Position numbers and translations under genes: made by a program. A DNA stretch of 23,550 nt from Calditrichia bacterium (GTDB lineage: Bacteria > Calditrichota > Calditrichia > RBG-13-44-9): NCBI GenBank assembly GCA_037381445.1, contig JARRQT010000046.1:1-23550 (forward strand). The letters run 5' to 3'. This document shows, piece after piece, positions 16,947 to 23,550 of the stretch. Position 1 is the first letter of the stretch, and each line of letters opens with the position of its first letter. The notes under the pieces were generated by a model. It saw only the letters and a list, made by a program, of their open reading frames with translations. It was not told where the DNA came from and ran no database searches.

Positions 16947-19900
16947 ATGAGATTTTTTCTAATGTCAAAGAGATCGAATTCCGGTTATTTTTTGCCAATA
17001 AATAAACTGCTCTGGTCGTTCGCCTTCCTTTTTCTTCTTTTCGCCACTTCCCGGGCGCAGGACGGGTTTTACTATCACCCGGAACTGAATTGGCGCACCT
17101 TTGAGACGGAACATTTTATTATCGACTATCATGACGGCACGGAACGGACCGCCAATCTGGTTGCGAAAATCGCCGAGGAAGTCTATCCCCATGTCACCGG
17201 ATTATATCAGTACTGGCCGAAAAGCAAGACGGTTCTGGTCATTCGCGACACGGATGACTATTCCAACGGCGGTGCGTACTATTATCACAATAAAATTGAG
17301 ATCTGGGCGCCCAACATGGATTTCCTTCTGCGCGGCACCCACAACTGGCTGCGGGATGTGGTCACCCACGAGTTCACCCATATTATCTCATTACGCAAAT
17401 CTTTTAAATTCGGGCCTAATGTGCTGGCAGGCTGGTTTCAGGTTTTTGGATATGAAGGTGAACGGCGGAAGGATGTTGTTCGTGGTTTTCCCAATGTAAT
17501 GGTATCTTATCCCATTTCCGGCATTACGATTCCCGGATGGTTTGCCGAGGGCGTGGCCCAGTTCCAGTCGCCGGGCGGACGCTACGATTACCGTGATTCT
17601 CACCGGGAAATGGTTCTGAGAGACCGCGTGGTTAGCGGCAACCTGCTCGATCTGAAACAAATGGGCGTTTTTGGCAAGAACAGTGTCGGCAATGAATCGG
17701 TTTACAACCAGGGATTCGCTTTCGTCCGTTTTCTTTCCCGGACATTTGGCGACAGTGTGCTGCGGAATATTGCCCACCAGGCCTCATCACCGGTAACCAT
17801 CGATTTTGACAATGTGCTGAAAAATGTAACCGGCATTCCGGCTGACAGCATCTATGACATGTGGAAAGCCCATCTCCAAACCACTTACGGCCAGCGCCTA
17901 ACCACGGTGGAAGCGCATCTCAAGACCGGCGATCCTATTCAGGGCAACGGAGTCGGAAATGTTTTTCCGGTTTTCTCTCCGGACGGCAAAAAGGTCGCTT
18001 ATCTGGAAAGCATGTCCGATTACATGTCCGTGAATGCACTGGTCGTGGAGGACCTGGAAACCAGGGAGAAACTGAGAGTCGCAGGTCCGGTTTCTGGTTC
18101 CATTAGTTGGTCACCGGACGGCAGGTACCTGACCTATGCCAAGGTAAAGAATCTTGCTCCCAACCGGAACGGATTCAATGAGATCTTTGTGTATGATCTG
18201 AAAAGGCATCGGGAACTGCAATTGACGCGGCTGATGAGAGGCATCAATCCTGATTGGTCCCATGACGGCAAAAAACTTGTTTTTGTGGTGCAGAGTGACG
18301 GTGTCAATAATCTGGTGACGCTGACGCTGGACGAATTTGTGTGGATCAAGAAAAAGTCGCTGTGGCATACCCGCTATTACGATTTGGAGGGCCACCGAAT
18401 CGTAACACGCATCCCCGCCGAAAGAAGAAAAAATTGGCAGGAGTATTATCGTCCCCTGCAGTTCTGGGGGCAGGATCTGCAGCAGATCACATTTGAAAAG
18501 GGCGGACGTCAGTTCTTCCATCCCCGCTGGTCACCGGATGACAGCTACCTGATATTTGACACTTCCACCGAGAACTGCCGGGACATTGCCAGAATACCTT
18601 CCAGTGGGGGAGAACTTAAGTTTGTCCTCAATGAAAAATATGATGAAAGATATCCTTCTTTCGACCCGGCAACCGGAGAGCTCTATTTTGCCAGCGACCG
18701 CACCGGCATTTTCGATATCTATTCCTGCGATCTTAAAACCGGTGAAATTAAGCCGCATACCAATGTAGTGGGGGGCGCTTTCATGCCCACCGTGAACCGC
18801 AGGGGTGACCTTATTTACAGCCTTTACAAGGATCAGGGATATAAAATATACCGCATACGTAAAGTAAATGAACTCCCTCCGGCCTATCTGACTTACCAGG
18901 AAAATTATGAGTCACAGATACCGGTCATCCATGCCGATGACTCTCATTTTGCTTCCCGGCCTTCCAAACCTTACAAGAGAAGCTTCGGCCCCGTTTTCTT
19001 TATGCCACGCCTGCTGATCGATTACGGCACCATAAAACCGGGTTTCTATGTCGGTTCGGATGAGCTTCTGGACAAAATGACATTTTTTGGCGGCGGCGAC
19101 GTTAATAAGGATTTCGAGTATAATTTATTCGCGCTTTTCGAATTCCGGTTTATCCATCCCCTCATTTTCTTCAATTTCTATAATCAGTCCGCCAAAATTG
19201 AAGACCATTTGTCCGATCCCTTCTATGAAGCCCAGAGCAAATTCGATGTTAACTTCAACTTGATGGAAGCGGAGCTGGGGTTATCGCAAAGAATGTTTGA
19301 TTTTGTGGACACGAAATTGAATTTTATCTACCGCTTCTACCGCGCCAAAATCGGGACCTTCGCCTACCGGGAATTGTCCACGGGCCAGATGTATGTTTCT
19401 CCGCCCATTCGCTACACTTACCTCCGGGGATTTGCTACTTCCATTTCCCTGAAGAAAGATGAGGTGCTGCCGGAACGGGACAGCAATATCAATCCCCGGG
19501 TGGGTTACTATGCCTATTTCAAATACACCCATGAAAATGAAAATTTCCTGCGGGACTTCGCCACCGACCGGGCGGTGGGACTGGAAGAGTATGATGCTTA
19601 CCGCTACAACCAACTGGAACTGGATGTGGAAAAATATCTGCCGGTTCCCTACACCAAACATCATTCACTGAGTCTGCGGTTTCAGGGCGGGTACATCGAC
19701 CGGCGGGTGGATGATTTCTTTAATTTCTTTGCCGGCGGCCTCATTGGAATGAAAGGATATTCCTACTACAGCATTGAAGGCCGCAAAATGGCAATCGGCA
19801 CCGTAAACTACCGGATGCCGCTGGTGAGAAACCTGAATTTCCAGATTTTTAACTGGTATCTGGATAAAATATACCTGGGCGGTTTTTACCAGTACGGCAA

Positions 19901-20141
19901 CGCCTGGAACGCGGCCACGCCCACACTGAATAATTTCAAATCGGACATGGGAGTCCAACTGCGTCTGGAAACCTTTTCCTGGTATATGTTCCCCACCCGG
20001 ATATTCTTTGAAGCGGCCTATCCGTTGAACGAGCAGCTCAACCGGGGCATCACCTACAACCGGGAATGGAAGTTTTATGCGGGCGTTCTGTTTGATTTCG
20101 ATTTGAGATTTGATAAAGCAATGAGGAAAAAAAGATGGTGA
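16947..20141 (+). CDS. Fusion of gluzincin (MA-clan) peptidase domain, TolB-like (PD40) beta-propeller and Omp85/BamA-like beta-barrel
   Basis: Signal peptide (SRA|Q); HEFTH (17367-17381) plus PGWFAEG; repeats PVFSPDGKKVAY, ISWSPDGRYLTY, PDWSHDGKKLVF, PRWSPDDSYLIF, YFASDRTGIFDIY; C-terminal amphipathic strands with FFAGGLIGMKGY, YGNAW and KSDMGVQLRL. Confidence 0.75.
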   Translation: MRFFLMSKRSNSGYFLPINKLLWSFAFLFLLFATSRAQDGFYYHPELNWRTFETEHFIIDYHDGTERTANLVAKIAEEVYPHVTGLYQYWPKSKTVLVIRDTDDYSNGGAYYYHNKIEIWAPNMDFLLRGTHNWLRDVVTHEFTHIISLRKSFKFGPNVLAGWFQVFGYEGERRKDVVRGFPNVMVSYPISGITIPGWFAEGVAQFQSPGGRYDYRDSHREMVLRDRVVSGNLLDLKQMGVFGKNSVGNESVYNQGFAFVRFLSRTFGDSVLRNIAHQASSPVTIDFDNVLKNVTGIPADSIYDMWKAHLQTTYGQRLTTVEAHLKTGDPIQGNGVGNVFPVFSPDGKKVAYLESMSDYMSVNALVVEDLETREKLRVAGPVSGSISWSPDGRYLTYAKVKNLAPNRNGFNEIFVYDLKRHRELQLTRLMRGINPDWSHDGKKLVFVVQSDGVNNLVTLTLDEFVWIKKKSLWHTRYYDLEGHRIVTRIPAERRKNWQEYYRPLQFWGQDLQQITFEKGGRQFFHPRWSPDDSYLIFDTSTENCRDIARIPSSGGELKFVLNEKYDERYPSFDPATGELYFASDRTGIFDIYSCDLKTGEIKPHTNVVGGAFMPTVNRRGDLIYSLYKDQGYKIYRIRKVNELPPAYLTYQENYESQIPVIHADDSHFASRPSKPYKRSFGPVFFMPRLLIDYGTIKPGFYVGSDELLDKMTFFGGGDVNKDFEYNLFALFEFRFIHPLIFFNFYNQSAKIEDHLSDPFYEAQSKFDVNFNLMEAELGLSQRMFDFVDTKLNFIYRFYRAKIGTFAYRELSTGQMYVSPPIRYTYLRGFATSISLKKDEVLPERDSNINPRVGYYAYFKYTHENENFLRDFATDRAVGLEEYDAYRYNQLELDVEKYLPVPYTKHHSLSLRFQGGYIDRRVDDFFNFFAGGLIGMKGYSYYSIEGRKMAIGTVNYRMPLVRNLNFQIFNWYLDKIYLGGFYQYGNAWNAATPTLNNFKSDMGVQLRLETFSWYMFPTRIFFEAAYPLNEQLNRGITYNREWKFYAGVLFDFDLRFDKAMRKKRW

Positions 20142-21067
20142 ATTTGGTGAAGTATTCCTTTTTGGCGGTTCTGTTCGCCGGAGTGGCAGCGCAGGCGCAG
20201 ACAACCTTTCGCTGGAATAATGATGATCTGGTGGTGCAGCGCCTGGAATTGAGACAGAAAGCCGCAGCTCAGGCGAAGACGGATGACCCGTCCGTTCAGG
20301 ATTTCGATGAAGTTCACAAGTTGTCGGTGGGAAAATCGGTGCTTTTTTCTCTGGCGGTGCCGGGAGCGGGGCAGTTCTATTCCAAATCCTATGTTAAATC
20401 CGCCATTTTTCTGGCCGTCGAGGCGGGCGCCTGGGCGACCTACTTTGCTTACATGAAAAAAGGCGACAACAAAGATGCGGAGTTCAAACAGTATGCCGAT
20501 CAGCGCTGGAGCGAATACCGCTACTGGTCATATGTGAATTATAAAGCGGCCACTGAAATGGAAAATCCGCCAGAGCTGTATCCCTATGATGAAGTCGACG
20601 CGCCCAACGGCGGCAGGTGGTATCTGATTCCGGAGGATTATTATAACGCCCACAAGAGTGAAATTATCGGCACGCTGCGCGAGATTGAAGCGAGCGGGAA
20701 TGTTGGCTTCACTCACCGTTTGCCCACGACCAAAACGCAGCAGTATTATGAAATGATCGGCAAATATCCCCATCAGTTCGGTTCGTCCTGGGATGATGCC
20801 AGTTTCGACCGCGTTTACAGCGGTCCCGATCAGATTACGGCACATAATAATTACTACACTGACATGCGGGATCAGAGCAACCGCTTTTATGACATTGCCG
20901 GTTACGGAACTATGGTCGCTCTGGTCAATCATGTGATTTCTGCGATCGATGCCGGGTTCACCACCCGCCGCTACAACCGGAACCGTGTCCGGCTGGAAAT
21001 GAGCTACAATAACATGTATTATAAGAGCGAGTATGTAAATCTGCTGGGCGTGAATGTAAAATGGTAA
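20135..21067 (+). CDS. Exported/membrane protein of unknown function (DUF5683-like SLxxPGxGQxY motif)
   Basis: Signal peptide (AQA|Q); SVLFSLAVPGAGQFY, hydrophobic helix, NHVISAIDA and C-terminal LLGVNVKW; start overlaps the upstream stop (ATGGTGA). Confidence 0.7.
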   Translation: MVNLVKYSFLAVLFAGVAAQAQTTFRWNNDDLVVQRLELRQKAAAQAKTDDPSVQDFDEVHKLSVGKSVLFSLAVPGAGQFYSKSYVKSAIFLAVEAGAWATYFAYMKKGDNKDAEFKQYADQRWSEYRYWSYVNYKAATEMENPPELYPYDEVDAPNGGRWYLIPEDYYNAHKSEIIGTLREIEASGNVGFTHRLPTTKTQQYYEMIGKYPHQFGSSWDDASFDRVYSGPDQITAHNNYYTDMRDQSNRFYDIAGYGTMVALVNHVISAIDAGFTTRRYNRNRVRLEMSYNNMYYKSEYVNLLGVNVKW

Positions 21068-21226
21068 GCCGGCAGGAATAGTTGTTTTAATTCCTCCGCT
21101 GTGTGGGAACAGAAGCAGTTAAGCCGGGAATTCAGAATCACAAATTTAATCCTTGGCTATTTTCAGAAATTATAGTAGATTCAGCCTGTCAGTGCAAATC
21201 TATAAATTGTTTTAAAGGGATTTTAC

Positions 21227-21940
21227 ATGAATATCAAGAAATGTCACATTATTATAATTTTGCTCGTTGCATTTTCGTTATCTTCCGCACAAATGCTGCA
21301 GACACCCTCAACTAAATTTGCGCTGAAACAGAAAGACCAGGCATCGGGTGCAGAGCAGCCGGGATTCAAGGCAAAATACGTATTGCTTTCACTGATATTG
21401 CCTGGTGCGGGAGAATACTTTATGGGGCATCATACCATGGCGAAAATATTTGTCGGAGCCGAAGCGCTTCTCTGGGCAGGATACCTGGGTGCCCGCGCCT
21501 ATGCCAATGAGCTGGAGGGCAATTTCCAGGCCTTTGCCGCCGTGCATGCCGATGTGAATCCCCATGACAAGTCCGACCAGTACTGGATTGATATTGGGAG
21601 CGCCGAAAATATCTATGTCTACAATGAGCAGAAAAGAGTCGAACGTCAATTGAAGGCCACCTATCCCGAAACCGCCGCCAATTACTGGCAGTGGGATTCC
21701 CGGGCCAACCGCTCCGAGTATACGGATTTGCGAATTCAGCAGCATGACTGGAAGCGCCGCACTACATTTGTGATCAGCGGCATGATTCTCAACCGTCTGG
21801 TAAGCGCAATTGACGTGATCCGCATCATCAAAAAAGAGAAACGTGAATCCCAGTCCCGTATGTCCAGACTTTATTTTGATTACCGGAATAATCGTATTGA
21901 CGGTGAAGTTTACCGCTTGAATTTAAGTCTGAGGTGGTAG
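21227..21940 (+). CDS. Exported/membrane protein of unknown function, paralogue of 20135-21067
   Basis: Signal peptide (SSA|Q); LLSLILPGAGEYF, hydrophobic helix, NRLVSAIDV and C-terminal YRLNLSLRW. Confidence 0.7.
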   Translation: MNIKKCHIIIILLVAFSLSSAQMLQTPSTKFALKQKDQASGAEQPGFKAKYVLLSLILPGAGEYFMGHHTMAKIFVGAEALLWAGYLGARAYANELEGNFQAFAAVHADVNPHDKSDQYWIDIGSAENIYVYNEQKRVERQLKATYPETAANYWQWDSRANRSEYTDLRIQQHDWKRRTTFVISGMILNRLVSAIDVIRIIKKEKRESQSRMSRLYFDYRNNRIDGEVYRLNLSLRW

Positions 21941-21942
21941 AA

Positions 21943-22839
21943 ATGGAAGCATCAGGGGCGAAACAAAAAGTCCTGATAACAGGAGCTTCCGGATTTTTGG
22001 GCCGTTACCTGCTGAAAACCGCCCCCTACCATTACCAGGTAATCGCCCAGTACCGCAGCAAGCCGCCCAATGAATACGGACGGGATGTCAGATTCTTGTA
22101 TTTTGATTTTTTTGATGATGATTGGCGCGCTTTGGAAGGGATCCGGCCTGATATCATTATCCATACCGCGGCCATGGCTTCCATTGATGAATGCGAAGTC
22201 AAACCGGAAATCGCCTACCATTTTAATTTTGAAGTTACCCGCCGACTGGTAGATTATGCCGCGGAACAGAACATCAAATTCATTTTCATTTCGTCCGATG
22301 TCGTATTCGATGGCCAGAAGGGAGACTATTCGGAGACAGACGAGCCGAATCCTCTGAATGTTTACGCGCACTCGAAAGTGATTGCGGAAAATTATATTCT
22401 GGAAAACTATCCTTCCGCCGTTGTGGTCCGTCCATCCCTGTTTTACGGGTCTGCGCTGAACGGGCGGCCCTCTTTCACCGAGACCATGCTTCGCAGCCTG
22501 CATGCCGGGAAACAGGTTTTTGTTTTCACTGATCAGTTCCGCACCCCCATTCTGGTTAACAATCTGAGTCATGCCTTGTGGGAATTGGCCGAAACTGATT
22601 TCAGGGGGATCTTGCACCTGGGAGGCGGTTCGCCGAAAATTTCCCGGATGGAGATGGGGGAATTACTGTGCGAGATGTTCAAACTGGACCAGAATCTGCT
22701 GGTGCCGATGAAGTCGGAACAGGCGAATCTGGTGGCAAACCGGCCCCTGGACTGCTCGCTGGATACCTCCCTTTCCCGTTCTTTACTGAAAACCCGCTTT
22801 TGCGACTGCCGCAACGGCTTTAGTCTGGCCTACCGGTAA
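21943..22839 (+). CDS. RmlD/RfbD-like extended SDR (dTDP-4-dehydrorhamnose reductase family); GTG 21934 is the alternative start
   Basis: VLITGASGFLG, HTAAM...DECE, ISSDVVFDG, YAHSK (YxxxK), TDQFRTP and RPLDCSLD; GAGGTGG RBS at 21931-21937 fits ATG 21943. Confidence 0.85.
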   Translation: MEASGAKQKVLITGASGFLGRYLLKTAPYHYQVIAQYRSKPPNEYGRDVRFLYFDFFDDDWRALEGIRPDIIIHTAAMASIDECEVKPEIAYHFNFEVTRRLVDYAAEQNIKFIFISSDVVFDGQKGDYSETDEPNPLNVYAHSKVIAENYILENYPSAVVVRPSLFYGSALNGRPSFTETMLRSLHAGKQVFVFTDQFRTPILVNNLSHALWELAETDFRGILHLGGGSPKISRMEMGELLCEMFKLDQNLLVPMKSEQANLVANRPLDCSLDTSLSRSLLKTRFCDCRNGFSLAYR

Positions 22840-23158
22840 GGCCTTCCAGATTAAGAATTCTCACCAAAATCAAAATCAGTATCAAATCGGTTTGCTTTCT
22901 TAAAGGGAACGACCGCACGCAGGAAATTGAACAAATCTTTCAGATCATCGTTAAGAATGAAATGTTTTTTGAAAGAGGCATGCATTTTTTCGGGCGCGGA
23001 GAAGCTGGAATCGGGACTCTTCTTAAGCAGCGTTGAACGATCTATTGCTCTGAAAAACTGACCTATCTGCAGGAAAGAAGTACTCTCAGTCACAACTAAA
23101 TTTGAATGGTGAGATTATCTTTGAAATCATGATTTTTAAAACCACACAGGAGGCTCGA

Positions 23159-23550
23159 ATGTACAAGAATCTGTCATTTGCCGGAGTATTTGTTTTATTG
23201 TTTCTGTTTTCTTCTTTGAATGCCCAGAGTTTGCGGATTGGTCCTCAGATTGGATATCAGAAAGCTCAGGATGCGGATAAGGGACAAGTGATGTTTGGCC
23301 TGGCCGCCCGCCTAAAAGTATTGCCCATGCTGGGTGCGGAAGCTTCTATCAATTACCGGCAGGAAAAATACGGAGACGGGGAATTGACCATCCGCAGCTG
23401 GCCGGTTATGGTGAGCGGTTTGTATTATCCATTGCCCATTATCTACGGAATCGTTGGGTTCGGATGGTATAACACCACCTTTGATTTTTCTAGCCAACTG
23501 AATGATGCGGGATTCGCCGATGAGACAAAGCAGGAAGTCGGATGGCATTT
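23159..23550 (+). CDS. Small outer-membrane beta-barrel (OmpA/OmpW-like porin family) protein, 3'-truncated by the window edge
   Basis: Not in the ORF track because it has no stop. AGGAGG at 23148-23153, then MYKNLSFAGVFVLLFLFSSLNA|QSLRIGPQIGY...FGLAARLKVLPMLGAEASINY...IYGIVGFGWY...EVGWH with alternating amphipathic strands; open to the end. Confidence 0.75.
   Translation, partial: MYKNLSFAGVFVLLFLFSSLNAQSLRIGPQIGYQKAQDADKGQVMFGLAARLKVLPMLGAEASINYRQEKYGDGELTIRSWPVMVSGLYYPLPIIYGIVGFGWYNTTFDFSSQLNDAGFADETKQEVGWH

Noticed and set aside
22851..23093. 80-aa minus-strand ORF in the intergenic region
   Set aside because: No recognisable motif or convincing RBS; probably spurious, though a small protein cannot be excluded.
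1..23550. CRISPR arrays, tRNA/rRNA genes, IS elements or integrases
   Set aside because: No regularly spaced repeats, RNA-gene signatures, terminal repeats or recombinase ORFs were seen.

Overview
Bacterial window with two + strand blocks. (1) 1-12123 is a respiratory complex I operon, nuoC(partial)-D-E-F-G-H-J-K-L-M-N, ending in an intrinsic terminator. It has three anomalies: a 1-nt frameshift in nuoC (~95), an out-of-frame internal deletion of ~61 nt in nuoL (8147/8148), and no nuoI between nuoH and nuoJ. (2) 12652-23550 is an envelope cluster behind a sigma70-like promoter and a long, apparently structured leader. It encodes a PorV-family barrel, a large M6-like 'protease' with a dead zinc motif and a T9SS-type C-terminal sorting domain, a gluzincin + TolB-like propeller + Omp85-barrel fusion, two paralogous proteins ending in a beta-signal-like Trp, an RmlD-like reductase and a partial small beta-barrel OMP. 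T9SS-like parts and Gln at +1 of most signal peptides suggest an FCB-related lineage such as Calditrichota or Ignavibacteria (inference only). The second block is the best candidate for an undescribed system. All family calls are by motif recognition; no database search was run.
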